A DNA stretch of 63,955 bases, the filler included, from Octopus bimaculoides (lineage: Eukaryota), in assembly GCF_001194135.2 (NCBI RefSeq). It is 5 parts of 5 records of this genome, joined end to end, with 100 filler letters (N's around TTAATTAATTAA, not from the genome) between each part and the next. Parts side by side here need not be neighbours in the genome. Positions count along the whole stretch, not along the records: positions 1 to 20,488 come from NC_068982.1; positions 20,589 to 37,218 come from NC_068990.1; 3 more parts are not named here. One strand, given 5' to 3'. Under the pieces are notes generated by a model. That model did not search any database. It had not been told where the DNA came from and worked only from the letters and a program-made list of their open reading frames with translations. The first letter of the stretch is position 1, and each line of letters opens with the position of its first letter. Positions 12,251-26,785 of the stretch are shown one piece after another. The position numbers and the translations under genes were made by a program.

Positions 12251-12550
12251 TTGACCGCAGTAGCGGCAGAAGCAGAAATAAATCTAAATTCTAGAGTGAA
12301 ACTTCCAGTGTTTCCGACCGATGCGACCGATGCTATATTTTTGTTTAGGGTGACAGCTAGGGAAAGAAAAAAAAAATTAGCAAAGCTTCACTCAAACGTG
12401 TTGACGCGATTGGCTGCAATTGATGGAGAGAAAAAAACACAATGTTTGAGCATGTAGATAGAAAAGACAAGAAAGAAAGAAAAACGGAAAGTGCAAGGAA
12501 ATGGAGCGTTGGTGAGTCGGAGATAATAGTCCAACACGAGATGTGGGATT

Positions 12551-12927
12551 TTGGTTGGCACTCCTTCGATTGCGCTGACGAGGGTTCCAGTTGATTCGAT
12601 CAACGGAACAACCTGCTCGTGAAATTCACGTGCAGGTGGCTGAGCACTCCACAGACACGTGTACCCTTAACGTAGTGCTCGGGGAGAATCAGCGTGACAC
12701 AGAGTATGACAAGGCTAGCCCCTTTGTTACAACAGAAACAGGAAGAAAGAGTGAGAGATAGTTGTGGTGAAAGAATACAACAGGGTTCGCCGCCACCTCC
12801 TGCCGGAGCCTCGTGGAGCTTTTGGTGTTTGCGCTCAATAAACGCTCACAACGCCCGGTCTGGGAATCGAAACTGTAATCCTACGACGGCGAGTCCACTG
12901 CCCTAACCTCTGGGCCATTGCCCATCC
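12551..12927 (-). mobile_element. SINE type A (tRNA-headed), near full length, diverged
   Basis: Collinear with 32687-33079 and 61965-62352 (GAGCACTCCACAGACACGTGTACCCTTAACGTAG; CCGGTCTGGGAATCGAAAC). Confidence 0.9.
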
Positions 12928-13648
12928 ACGTGTGGAATATATGATATATTAAAAGATATTTTTTCCCATTATCCCAGTTTCACATCACAGGGGATCGCGT
13001 TTGATTTCCATTTCAGTTCCGATATTCATTTGACAGATTAAAATTTTGTTGGCTCGTTGAACGAACCGACAAAACTAAGTTGTTAAAAATACCACTCTTA
13101 CGAAATGTGTTGAGTACAACCTTCGTGTGTCCACTCACTCATTAATTAGGTGGTGAATTTCAAAAATTTGTTTATATTTTGATACGTGTATACTGAGGAA
13201 GACTTTTCGTAAACAAATCGAATGTCTATTTCATTTATTATGCATTCTCTTAAATGTGCGTGTTAAATGCAATCAAAATATCATTACTTGGTTTGATCTC
13301 ATTATCATATACCATATGACTATGCCGGTACAAGGTAGCCATAACACAATTAAATCGGATACTGTAACAAGAATTTGGAGTGGTAGGTTCTATTCGAATC
13401 CAGTCGGAAATTCTGGGAACGTGCATCATTGTTAAGCTTAATACGAAATATCTGTGTATGTATGGATCACAAAAGCAATGAACACAAAGACAAAGAAGCC
13501 AACACGGAGTGAAAAGTTAAACGAATGTTGCATTAAAGCAACCAAATATTTGTTAAAAATTCCCACTCTAGTTGTGACTGCGTGCTCACCTTGTATTTAT
13601 GTATGTACAGACAGACAGACAAACAGAGACGCGCGCACACACACACAG

Positions 13649-13722
<74 letters not shown>

Positions 13723-14639
13723 TTCTATATATGTACTAGTAGAGGGTTGTATGTCATCGGAAAAAATAAATATATCGTGTTCTTTGTTAAGAAATAACTT
13801 ATTTATAAATTGTATCTCTTCTCTCTGATACTTCAATTTATCTCAACCACAAATTGATATAATTTTATGACAAGAAAATAATAAATAACAAAATTATATT
13901 GGGATCAAAGGGAATATCACACCGTACCAATCACTGTAGGAAAATATTAATATCGTTAATTAGGTTATAAAATAGTATGACCAGATCTGACGAAAGCTTT
14001 TTTGTATTATATATTAACGTATAACATTATTTTACATAAGTTTTTATGGCGTGTTAAGGGTAATCAATTTCAGTGATATCACTTCTTATATCATAAACAT
14101 CCAATGGTCACCATATATTAAATGAGATCAAATCGGTAACACTTACGTGCGTTTAAGACAAAGTGTAACACATTGGTATAGAGCCTGTATATTTCTATGA
14201 TACTGGATTCATCTTTTATGTAAGATAACTATCCCACGAGATGCTTCAGTTACTGTAAAAGGATGCGATTCACAACGCCTACATTCTAATAGGAATTCAC
14301 AATATGTATGAATATAAAACATATACATTTGTATACCTTCAAAGTTACAGAGTGTGGTTTTAGAGGTCAGCGTCACTGTAATCCGGAACATGATGAAAGC
14401 CAGTTTGCTTCTGGTTTTTCCCTGACAATATACGGGAAGAATTTTAAGTTCAAGCGAAAATACAGGAAAATGACACATCAAACAAGTCCTATTTTTTTTT
14501 TTTTCATTTTCATATTTGTTCAATGTTCGATTGATCAAACACTGATCAAATATTCGATATAGTAATTTACTACATCTAACAACGCAGAATCGATTTGACA
14601 AACTTTGCAGCACGGAAGTTCTTATGTTATAACTTCAAG

Positions 14640-14840
14640 GTGGCGAACTGGCAGAATCGGTAGAGCGATTGACAGAAGGCTCTGTGCTATGTTCAATCAA
14701 TGTCGATTATACCTTCTATTCGCACGGTGTCTATCAATGAAACACATGTATCCCCTCTTAATTTAGTGGAACTGATTGACTATCGGGTGAGATGTCTTAC
14801 GGCTACCTAACCGTTTCTTTGGGCTCTAGGTTCAAATTGC
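14640..14840 (+). mobile_element. Two old SINE type D head fragments
   Basis: GGTGGCGAACTGGCAGAATCGGTAGAGCG..GTCGATTATACCTT, then a second ..GCTCTAGGTTCAAATT. Confidence 0.5.
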
Positions 14841-16159
14841 ACTAATGAACATGTCTTCCCCAGCACGCACATATAGAGTCACGAAGTAAAAGCGATATCG
14901 TATCGGAGTAAGTTTGGCTGTGGTATCGAATCAGTGTAATAAGCCTAGGCTTCCACAATCCTACTTGTGCTGTAGCATCGATACAGAGGCTTCTAAGAAC
15001 AGGAAAAGTAAGTTAGCATAGAACCCCTGATTATTTTTCTTCGTTAATCATCTTCACTAGTGAATGATAGACTCCGAGTTTTAAAAAAATGGAAACATTC
15101 GGGTCAACAACAATGCACTAAAACTTAAACACAATACCACTTTAGTATATGATATATTTTGATCGTTTGATAAAACTTTATTTTCAAAACTAGTTCATTA
15201 ACAATACCACATGATTGAAATATAAAATCTGAAATTGTCATATTTTAGTTGAAAACTAACATGGAACATGAATACAATGTGTTTCCTTTTAATTTTGGCA
15301 ATATCATATTCTTTACTCAGCAGTTATTGATGCCCAGATCTTCTAGAAAATTCCAAAGATTCTACCAAAGCGTTGGAAATGAAAACAATTTAACGGTAGG
15401 AGACAATGTCACATATTGTATGTATTATAAAAGCAGAACAAACTGCAACGTGTTTCCATGAAGAGAACTCATTCAACAAGTTTAATCTTTGTATGTGTGT
15501 GTGTTCGTGTGTGTGTATTTTATTTTTGCGATCGTGCTTAAAAAGTAAATAGTTCTATATAAGCTGTTATGATATAGTCGCAATATATACACACATACAA
15601 TGATATATATATANNNNNNNNNNNNNNNNNNNNNNNNNNNNNNNNNNNNNNNNNNNNNNNNNNNNNNNNNNNNNNNNNNNNNNNNNNNNNNNNNNNNNNN
15701 NNNNNNNNNNNNNNNNNNNNNNNNNNNNNNNNNNNNNNNNNNNNNNNNNNNNNNNNNNNNNNNNNNNNNNNNNNNNNNNNNNNNNNNNNNNNNNNNNNNN
15801 NNNNNNNNNNNNNNNNNNNNNNNNNNNNNNNNNNNNNNNNNNNNNNNNNNNNNNNNNNNNNNNNNNNNNNNNNNNNNNNNNNNNNNNNNNNNNNNNNNNN
15901 NNNNNNNNNNNNNNNNNNNNNNNNNNNNNNNNNNNNNNNNNNNNNNNNNNNNNNNNNNNNNNNNNNNNNNNNNNNNNNNNNNNNNNNNNNNNNNNNNNNN
16001 NNNNNNNNNNNNNNNNNNNNNNNNNNNNNNNNNNNNNNNNNNNNNNNNNNNNNNNNNNNNNNNNNNNNNTATATATATACATATATATATGCGTACATAT
16101 TGCATTCACTCACGTAAACATGCCCTCACATACATATTTTATACGCACACGCACATAGA

Positions 16160-16290
16160 GAACACGGTTGTTGATCGTAATATCATGTGTACAATCCCAG
16201 ATGGTGTAGCGCGTTCTATCTTTGAGCAAGCCACTTTATTTGACGATGCTCCAGTATACTCAACTGTAATGAATACCAGTACCAGTAGGA
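16160..16290 (+). mobile_element. Old SINE type C fragment
   Basis: TCTTTGAGCAAGCCACTTTATTTGACGATGCTCCAGTATACTCAACTGTAATG. Confidence 0.6.
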
Positions 16291-17240
16291 TGCTAGAGCA
16301 GCTCCCTCTCCCTAAATGTGGCACTGAGTCAAATTCTTGAGAGAATTCAGAGACTTACTTTACGTTTTATTGACATTTCTCTTACATTCGAAGTTTCTTC
16401 TTATTCGAAACACCAAAATATCTAATGACTCTAAATCTTCAAAGTCTTGTTTTCTGCATATCGTGGTATTTGTGTTTATTGCTACCCTCGCAATTTCTAC
16501 ATGGATTATCTGTTTAGTTGTTACAACAAAACAGGAGTTTAAAATATTAGCTATTCAATTAATATGTAATTAATCAGCAATTGCTCGATATTAGTATATT
16601 TGGTATGTGTGTTTAATATTAACATCGTATTTTGTTATAAGTAATGGGTTCGCGATTAATAATCTATTTTGGGGGATTTTTAAATAATATAGATGTGTTT
16701 ATTTTGAGTTTTCTTGTATTATATGTGATCGAATGCGTTGAGATTGCACCCGTCTGTTAGTAGGTGGTTAGCCAGAAATTAAACGATTAATAATGAAACC
16801 ATTCCTCGTATTGCAATTGAATGATAGAATATGCAATCTAATCCACACTTATTGACAAAAATAAACTACTCCCAGACTGATGATACATCATTCTGATAAT
16901 CAGAAAACCAAATACCGGTAGTTATGTCCACCCGATTTCAATAAGCAAATCCCAAATAACCAGCATTTATGCAGTTGTTTACACTGTACACTCTATGTAT
17001 TTATGTATAAATTAGAGACAGACAGATAGGCAGACAGGCAGGTAGACAGATATATATATANNNNNNNNNNNNNNNNNNNNNNNNNNNNNNNNNNNNNNNN
17101 NNNNNNNNNNNNNNNNNNNNNNNNNNNNNNNNNNNNNNNNNNNNNNNNNNNNNNNNNNNNNNNNNNNNNNNNNNNNNNNNNNNNNNNNNNNNNNNNNNNN
17201 NNNNNNNNNNNNNNNNNNNNNNNNNNNNNNNNNNNNATAT

Positions 17241-17306
<66 letters not shown>

Positions 17307-18618
17307 AGATAGATAGATTGATAGGTGGGTGTGTATAGAGAGGTAGCTATAGATATACATTTATTCACATGCAAAGCCCATGCAGTCATATTCAATATAA
17401 TGGCTCAAACGTGTGCAAAAACGTAATATGTGCATTGCAAATCACTTGTTAAAACATATATACGCATGCGTTTGCAAACGAGTTTATGTATGTGAGTGTA
17501 TTTCCGCATCCATACTCAAACAATATACCAATAAGGAATCGTATAACTCTATAATATTTTATATCTTGTATGATTAAAAATCCCTTTTTCGTATATTTGA
17601 TAGTAAGCTGTGTCACCGGTGTAGACCCGGTGTAAAAATACAAGTGGAACAATCAACATTAGAGTCACTGCATGTTCGCTTCCTTTTAATCACTTAAGTA
17701 GTTCCCTGCCCCTTTGTTTCATTTGTGATCAGGCAGAATCATGTCTTTCCCCACACCTGACGATATGGCTTAGTTGCCTCTAGTGATCTACTACTGAATG
17801 ATTACGTGAATATTCGCATGAAACCATTAACATCGTATTAACATCATTGTACTGTTTGCGTATATGCGCGTGTATATACCTACTCGTCCCTAATGCAAAA
17901 GCCATGTTGAGACACTTCTCACACTTCACTTAAGATATTGACATTCTTTTACTTTACTTCGTTTTTGTTTCAGAAATTATATTTACATTCTTTTAGAACA
18001 CGAAATTTATTTATTTTCTCTTTAAAATAAACCATGTTGAATTTCATTATAGTTTTCAGATCAAAGCAGTCCAATTAAACCTTTGTTTAATGAATTGACT
18101 CCTCTTTCCTTTTATTTATATCTTTTTTTTAGTATTCGATTCTCATTAAACAATTTCATATGCAACGACTAAAAGGAGATTGTTTTCTTAAATTAATAAT
18201 TTCGTTTTTATTTTATTTTTTCTACATTTTTTTTTTTTTTGCTTTGGCTTTTATTTAAATTTTAATAATTAATTTTCATTAATCAGAAAGTCTGTCGTTC
18301 ATTGAACAAACGAAGCACGAATCAATGCTCAATAAACTCACTTTTATTATAACATCTCTTGTTTTATTAAAACATGCTCCATCGGATTTCACTAGAATGT
18401 TATGAATAACAAAGAGAATATTCACTATACATATTCTTCTTCATAATCTTCTCATTCATATTTTTCGCTTACAACTACTACTACATTTTCTTTGTTCCTA
18501 TTTCTTCTTTCCATTTCCTTCGTTTTCTTCTTTTTGGCCCGTCAGTCCTCCTACATTTCCCTTATTCTCCTTCCAGTTATTGCTTTTTCTTCTCTTATTT
18601 TCTTATTATTATCATTAT

Positions 18619-18835
18619 GGCGGTGAGTTAGGAGAATCGTTAGCGCGTCGGAGAACATGCTTAACGGCATTTCTTCCGGCTGTTTACTTTCTGAATTCAA
18701 ATCCGACGAGGTCAACATTGCCTTTCATCATTTCCAGGTCGATAAAATAAAGTACCAGTCAAGTACTGGGTCGATGATATAGACGAACCCTCTCCGCATT
18801 AAACTGCTTGCCTTGTGCTAAAACTTAAAAGAATG
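18619..18835 (+). mobile_element. SINE type D
   Basis: GGCGGTGAGTTAGGAGAATCGTTAGCGCGTCGG..TTCTGAATTCAAATCCG..GAGGTCAACATTGCCTTTCATC..GTCGATAAAATAAAGTACCAG. Confidence 0.85.
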
Positions 18836-19709
18836 ATAATTATTATTTATATTGTCACCGTCGTCATTAAAAATATAATTATCGTTGATGATATTGTTCT
18901 TGCTGTTACAGCTAGATGTCACCATGTTAAGATATATTTTGAAGTCTGCCCTCATGCATTTGTTTATCATATTTTATTGTATCATCAATATAACGGCGTA
19001 CGAGAGAACGGTTCAGTTGTTAATTGTTTTCCCAAGTCAGAGGAAGGATATTGTTTTCGTGTTAAAAATTTATTGGTTCTAGCTTAAAGGCAGGGATACA
19101 TTTTATTATGGGGTCTTTAAGGTTAGTCAGTGGCAACAGCCGAGAGTTTCCTATAACGGTCATCTCTACTTGAAATACTCTTTCAAACAAAGCACGCAAA
19201 GGAGAGATGAAGTAATTTATTTTCATTACTCTGTGCTAAAGTTCATTCTGACGGGTTTCAGTTTCAAGCCTGGTATGCGAACTTTTGTATGAGTCAGGCG
19301 TTTATTTAAGCAGCTTCAGGATAAGCAGTGTTCGTTGCTTGAAGTTTGATCAATGGATACTGCAGTGAGCTTTTGGTGTGTATGTGTGTGTGTGTGTGTT
19401 TGTTATACATCTTCAAAACTTATTTTTACAGTATTATTTTCCATTCTTGTTTAATAGGTTTTAATAATACATTCTGTATGCTGAATGAATTCCACTGAAA
19501 CAAATTCAGGATTTACATGTCGAACGAAGTACCGTCTTTAACAATTCTGCATGCTCCCTATCATTTGTTGGGGTTAGGCAGATGTGGATTATAACAGACA
19601 GTTAATAAGGTATCTACCCGGCTTTCAAATCCATAGCTCTTTACGTTACATATTTTACAAACACAAATCGAAAGAGTGAGACGTACATGCACACACAAAC
19701 GCACACACA

Positions 19710-19759
<50 letters not shown>

Positions 19760-20588
19760 TGCGTGTGAGACAGATATTTTGTGTACTATCTTAATATATA
19801 AATCTGAAATTGTGTGTTTGTGTGAAGCCTTTTTGAAAGTTTATAGAAATCCACATTTTCCACTTTTTCGTAAAAATGTTTCCATCAATGGAATTTTCTC
19901 GATCTGAACTTTCCAGTGCAGTAATTAGATTTTTAAAATTCCGTTTACTTTGTGTGATTTAAAGGAGATTTGGCTGTCGTTTCTAGCAACATTTATATTC
20001 CTTCCCTTCTCCCTGTACCGGCGTTGTTATAGGGAGTAACAGTAAAAGAGGGAGAGGGAGAGAGAGAGAAAATGATACATACAAAGTCATAGATTAACTT
20101 AGTTACATTTTACACTCTTACTTCTTCTTCCTCTCTCTAATATAATACCTTTCCTCTACCTCTAACATATTTTTCATAACATAGAAACGTAAAAACACAC
20201 ACGACCACACATACGTGATCTGTGACAACAACATACACATAAACACGTACACAATTCAACATTATAGTTATAAGATTTAGTTTCTGTGTTTCTTATATAA
20301 ACACGTGCACGCATTGCTATTTTATAACTGTCTTCCGTTCTCTCTTTCTCTCTCTTCATTGCTACCATCTCTATTCCTTTCTCCCCCACTCTCTCTTCCT
20401 CTTCTCTCTCACAAAACATTCACTACAATATAACTCATGTTCGTCAATGTTTGGTAAATATACCACGATTTTCACTAGGGTGTTAGTGNNNNNNNNNNNN
20501 NNNNNNNNNNNNNNNNNNNNNNNNNNNNNNNNTTAATTAATTAANNNNNNNNNNNNNNNNNNNNNNNNNNNNNNNNNNNNNNNNNNNN

Positions 20589-20627
<39 letters not shown>

Positions 20628-21398
20628 ATCCCTGTCTCTTGTTAGAACTCATATCCTACATTATCACAGGGTAGACATTTTTCAATGAGGAAAATTACCA
20701 AAGAAAGTGAAAAAAGATTGTAAGCGAAGCACAATTTGTAATATTTACGATGAGAAAGTAAAGGAGACATTTTATTCTACAAAGAAAGAACAACCTCTGC
20801 TCGATCTCGTTGCAATCTAAAGAAATATTTTATTCTATATTAACCAAGAGGTTAAGCAACAAGAGAATAAAGACAAGCGTCTCAAGATATATGAGCAGAA
20901 TTTTAATGTATTGCTGTTTTGCTCTAACTAACACAGTCAACAAAATTTGAAACGTATTGTGTTTCGTGTATGAGAGTAAAATTATTTCTTTCATACATGT
21001 ATTTAGAGTTTGAAAGAAAGTTGTATTAACTATTCTGGCCAACGGTATCTGAACAATTCTTGCCTTGTTATGAACCTAAGCGTGAAAATATTATTGCGAT
21101 GACAAGATTTGTTAATGTTTTTAATATTAAGAAATTATAGGCAATAACATCACAAATAATTTCCTTCGATACGTACTCATGTGGGTGAGAGGAAACTGAA
21201 GAATAAACTAGATGAATCGGGATACATACATAAAGACATTCATAGATACATATATACAAATATGTAGAGAGAGACTGTTTTAAGATACATGGCGTATTTT
21301 ATAAATATACCTGTTCAAGTATATAGCACGAAACTTAGGAGTTCTTTTGGTTGAGCATTTAATTATACATATATTTATGTGTGTGTGTGTGTATGTGT

Positions 21399-21452
<54 letters not shown>

Positions 21453-21726
21453 CTCATGCACTCCTCTTCATACATTTTCTGCAGTTTATGTTGCCATCTG
21501 AGCAGACGTCGCCATCACAGCTTTCTCTATCGTGGCCAAATCGATGATCACACCCTACACACGTTCCTACCAAGCACTGCTCTAAAAAGCAGAAGTGAGA
21601 TAGAACGTTGATACTTAGTGCACATGCACAGCAGTGTTCAAGGTCACTCATTCCCAGGCAGCTTTTGTTTGCGTGCTTTAACATCGTTACTAAGGCAACA
21701 GTCCGGATACTTATTGATCAGGCCAC
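21453..21726 (-). mobile_element. Mariner 5'-end fragment (same family as 7982-8863)
   Basis: Ends in GTCCGGATACTTATTGATCAG (TIR); internal TTAGTGCACATGCACAGC..TCAAGGTCA matches 8752-8785. Confidence 0.8.
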
Positions 21727-21849
21727 ATATATATGTGTGTGTGTGTTTGTATACACACACATATATATATATCCCGAGCGTTATACTAATATATACTTTT
21801 GTTATTTACACCACCTGTCCTCGTCTATTGTTATTATTTGTATATTCTC

Positions 21850-21894
<45 letters not shown>

Positions 21895-23665
21895 TTCGTG
21901 CGCTTTCTTTTTGTTTCATTTATTGGAGTACAACAGCCACACTGGGGGCAATGACTACAAGAATTTTAGTCAAACAATTCGACTCGACATCTTATTTGTA
22001 ACTTTATTACTTATTTCAACCAGTACCAGTTGTCATTGGTTAGCGGGGTGGAGTAGACAAACAAAAGTCGCACAGACAATTATACGCGTATATATGCACA
22101 CATATATAGAGAGAAGGGTAGATAGATGTATGATAGGTCTCCACACAACTCCCATCTACCGTCAGTGACAAGGTTTTGATCGGTTAGCCCGGGGTTATAG
22201 TAGAAGAAATTTGCTCAAGGTGTCTCAGAGTGGAATTGAACGAGAAGCGTTGCACTTGCAAAGCGAGCTTACTCCCATGCATATCTGTGTCTATAGATAT
22301 AATTATGATGTATCTATGCGTGTGTATGTTTGTGTGTGAGTATGTGTGCATGTGTGTGTATATCTTGCTTTATGTGCTTAATTACAAACTTCAGACATGT
22401 AATGTAGTTTGATACCAATCTCGTATCAATGTATCTAAGCGACAGTCATCAAAATGTTAATTTAAGTATTGTAGATTATAATTTTAAATAGTTCCGTTTA
22501 TTAGATTTCAATCTTTCACGACCAAATTTCTAATTAAATACACTGCCTTCAATATTCGTCAGCTTCTGTTTAACCTTACACCACACAATTTTCTTTCATA
22601 AGTATACGATGTAAAATTTAAATTATAAAACTGGCAATTTACTACTACAAAGCCTGGAGTAGTCTCCTACGGGTTGGTTTCAAGACAGTTTCAAATTAAT
22701 CGCAACATATTCTTAGATTTGTGGAGTTACAGTGTGAGTAGAGGGATGGAACAAATACGTTTCGATATTTAGTTGCAATTCTTGTTCTGAGTTGCTCGAT
22801 GATTTTCATTTTGTATTATGTCGTACCTCTGTCCATCAAAAAAGAATTGAGTACTCGTAAATTTATAAGTGTCTCTCAGTTTTAAGGCCTTGTACCGGTA
22901 TTAAAAATCACTAAAACTTATCAAACTTAAAGCAACCCTTCACCAACTATTAAAGGTAAAAAAAAAAGGAAAACAAATACGGTGAGAGACGTTCTGTCTT
23001 TTCAAATTATGAAAACACGTTTCCCTACGGTTGACATTCTTTATCATTCATTTAGAAACAATAAGGAAATTACCAATTGAAGTCGGGGCCCTTCCCCAGA
23101 ATGGAGATGTCAATATTATTCAGAGATTCTGGAGTATTAAATTCTTAAAGAAGATCCATTAACTTCTTGAGTAACTTTATTGAATTTCTAGGCGATACAT
23201 TTCATTGAAATTAAATCGCAAATATTATGTTTAGTTATTGAAGTCACCGAACAGCTTCGTGTGTGTAGTCTTTTATTCAACATTACGCTTATTTCATCCT
23301 TGTTGTCATTAGGCTTGTATCAGTTCAACTCGTTTTCCTTTCTCTCTTTACTTTCAACAGCAGGTTACCATATTCCGTCTATTTCTCATCTTTCTTCCGA
23401 AGTAAAAGTAATTAATATTCATTGAAAAACATCCCGGCCTTTTACACTGAACATTAATTATTTGATTGCTTAATTAATTAATTAATTAATTACGCACCTC
23501 CTGAGTTAATCACAACTGAACGCCTTTATATTGAATATAAACTATTTGTATTTGCTCCTAAGTTTGATTTTATTCTTTAAACTTGTAATTTATGCCACCT
23601 AAACTTTACATCCAACAGCAAAAGTTTGATGAAAGCCCACTAATGAGATAGATAGACAGACAGAT

Positions 23666-23779
<114 letters not shown>

Positions 23780-25530
23780 GTTTGGATACTTGAATGCTAA
23801 GAAAGAGAATAAAATGGAGAGTGTTTTCATAATTTATGTAAGTAATCTTACGCGTATTTAATCAATGGTTATAATATCCATTATATAAGGAAACTTTTAT
23901 AAGGAGATTACATAATCAAATTGCCAGAGACTGCATAACACTTGAAAAACTCTTTGTAAGGTATATAACGAACTTCGGACATTTTAATGGCATCCATGAA
24001 GGCAGTCTCTGAAATTTGATGACGTAACCTGCTTACAAGGTTATATGAGGGATATCATTTATATTAATGAAGCACGCGTAAGATGACGTAACTGAATATT
24101 TTATGTGGAGAATCTTCTGCGCTTTTTTCTATACATATTCTCTGATCTTTCTAACTACGCAAACCAACGCAACAAAAATTATGAATCTAAACATGGAGTT
24201 CTCGTCGCAGTTTTCTCGCTCGAGTTATAAGAACACATATAGAATGCGTGTGTGTGTGTGTGTGTGTGTGTGTTTGTGTCTGTGTTTCTATGTCTGTGTG
24301 TGTCTGTGTCTCTGTGTGTCTTTGCCTAAACGAAAGAAAAGACTGGAAAATGTGTTCCTTTTCAACTGATTTTTCCAGCCCAAGGTATTTCCTGGAGTTT
24401 GTCGACAAGCATCTTTATATTGATGCTTATTATTCTCTCAATGATGCAAAAGAGACTGGCTTTAGACTTGCAACTGAAATAAGAACGACATTTGTCAGCT
24501 TCGAAGACATTAACGATTATTTCAGTGCATAAAAACCGGTTATCCGTTTCTAACCAGGAGGAAAGGAGGTTATAAAAGCAAAATGTAAGAAGCTATTAAA
24601 TACCATATATGGAATTATCTCTCAAAAATCCAAGAGAAAATGTTGACCACCAGGATTCCTTTACTTAGATAAAAAAAAAAAAAGCAAAAGGTCTTGAGTA
24701 TAAAGTATAAATGTGACAATTCTAACATTTAGAATGAGGAAGTAGAGCATCATTTAGTCATTGAAGAATTATATTGTAAGATAACAGAAAAAGATTACCC
24801 ATTTATGATAATCTAGAATTTAAGTCCTATTCATTTGGGCATGCAGAATTTCGATCGAAAGCAAGGTCTACAGCATATTGCTTAAAGTTAATAATTTCCT
24901 CCATAAGATTGCCATGGAAGAAAAATCAAGTTTTTCCTCTCAGATTATTGCGATTGAACGTTTCAATCAGATAAAATAACAAAGTTGCGGAAGAAATTTC
25001 TTATGACAGATCTCGCCACAATTATTCGCTCTTCCTCCTCAACGCGTTGAACCCACTGTGTTTCGCATGGGTGTCGTATTGCACCCTGGTGCTGCTTTCC
25101 ACCATAGAACCAGTGTAAAATGTTTGATATGCCAGATAGAGTCAATTATCACGCTTTTAGTAATCGACGTTCACTTATTTTATCGATACTCGATTCCGGC
25201 AAATTTCGAACTAAATATCACAAAATATGTCGCACGTAGATCTACCGATTATAATTAAGATCTTTCATCAAAACACTGCTTTCCCTGACCATAATAGCTC
25301 CCTGAATTCATCTATTCATTTTGCCAAATCCTTGTTATCAATGCATCACGTATTTCTAACAGTCTCATGAAAACGACTCTTTGGAATCATAAAATTAAGA
25401 GTCCTGTTTTCAATACAAAGAATTCTTTATTTACTGCTGACCGTTCAGAGGAGACACGAGCGAATCATTACAAACTGCAGAAGAATGAAAATCTCGATAA
25501 TTGGACGGGACAAATATCAAGTAAAGACTG

Positions 25531-25744
25531 GCTTTAAATTTTGAAACAAGGTCGAAAAATTCGGAGGCAGGGGTAAATCGATTCCCATCAACCCTCAGGT
25601 TTCAACTGACTTTAATTTTATCCATCCTGAAAGCATGAAAGACAAGGTCGACCCCAGAAGAATTTAAACGCAGAACATAAGTACGCACGGTATAGCGCAA
25701 AGCATTTTGCCGGTGTGCTAAAGATTTTGCCAGTTCACCTCCGC
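25531..25744 (-). mobile_element. SINE type D, diverged
   Basis: AAGGTCGACC..GAATTTAAACGCAGAAC..AAGCATTTTGCCGGTGTGCTAAAGATTTTGCCAGTTCACCTCC is the reverse complement of the type D head. Confidence 0.8.
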
Positions 25745-25878
25745 AAATGTCAAGAAAATATTAATGCCAGAAGCTTTAATGAAATTTTGTAAGAATAATC
25801 AAGGTTTTTTGTATTTAAAACTTTAATAAGCATTCACTTCTCAGATCTGACAGTGTATAAATAAATAAATAAATAGAT

Positions 25879-25916
<38 letters not shown>

Positions 25917-26289
25917 CACATTCACACACATGGGTGCACATATACATACATACATACATACTTCAGCTTGGCAGACTGATGAATAGGTTTTTTGCGTTTA
26001 TTCATTGCATACACAAAGGAACAAATTGGCAAGTCGTTCTTTATCAGATTTAACTGAACGTATTGTCAAATCTCTAAGGTTATAACCAAGACACGTTAAT
26101 ATTTGCCAGAAATATTACAAAGTCCACTGAAATAATGGTGAAAGCAATGATTTGAGAGGAACTTGCGCACACATTTTCTTTTGTGAATTTTTTTCTGCGA
26201 GACAAAATTTGGGGAATTAACCACAACACAGTTATGTGTCCCTAATTAAAACGTTAAAAAGTTAAATAAAACATTGTGGTATTATGCGT

Positions 26290-26355
<66 letters not shown>

Positions 26356-26380
26356 TGTTTGTGTGTGTTATACATATATA

Positions 26381-26737
26381 TTGGGTCATCCCGTAAATAA
26401 TGCGGTTATTTCAATTGCATGAACTAAAAGTCGAAGACGGAAGGGATAAACTACCTGCATCAACTTGCTATGAAAGCAGGCAGTAATTTTACCTTGTACT
26501 TATTCTTAGTGCAAGTTTTGAAGAGTGCAGTTCGATTTTAACAGTTATGTTTCCAAAGTTATATTGGAAGTGATAAAGGAGTATATTCGGCATATTTTGC
26601 TTTATGAGTTCGATAAAGCAACAACGGAAAGTGTGAGGAATATTAATTCAGTATTTGGGGATCAGACAATAAGCGACAGTGTCAACGGTGGTTCCAGAAG
26701 TTCCGAACCGGAAACTACAGTCTAAAATATGAGCATA
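26381..26737 (+). mobile_element. Mariner 5' fragment (TIR + N-terminal HTH), truncated
   Basis: TA-TTGGGTCATCCC terminus. Translation EVIKEYIRHILLYEFDK..TESVRNINSVFGDQTIS, then after a frameshift CQRWFQKFRTGNYSL, typical of a mariner N-terminal HTH. Confidence 0.8.
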
Positions 26738-26785
26738 CAGGCGCTGTCCTACGTACAGCATCTTTATTTATAATTATATATTTAT

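Noticed and set aside
16877-16900. CTGATGA / CTGACGA matches at 16877, 33974 and 55899, and a CTGATACGA..GAAAGCT motif at 41753-41783 (-)
   Set aside because: None has a proper stem II directly followed by GAAA together with stem I pairing. A 7-mer is expected several times by chance in 64 kb.
20533-20544. TTAATTAATTAA islands inside N-runs (also 37263-37274, 50568-50579, 59339-59350)
   Set aside because: An identical 12-mer centred in N blocks, giving stops in all six frames: an assembly or scaffolding spacer, not biology.
23361-23401. Further + strand exon-like segments (23361-23401, 28491-28518, 36023-36062, 40545-40593)
   Set aside because: Each has only one good splice site or contains stops; expected by chance in AT-rich DNA.
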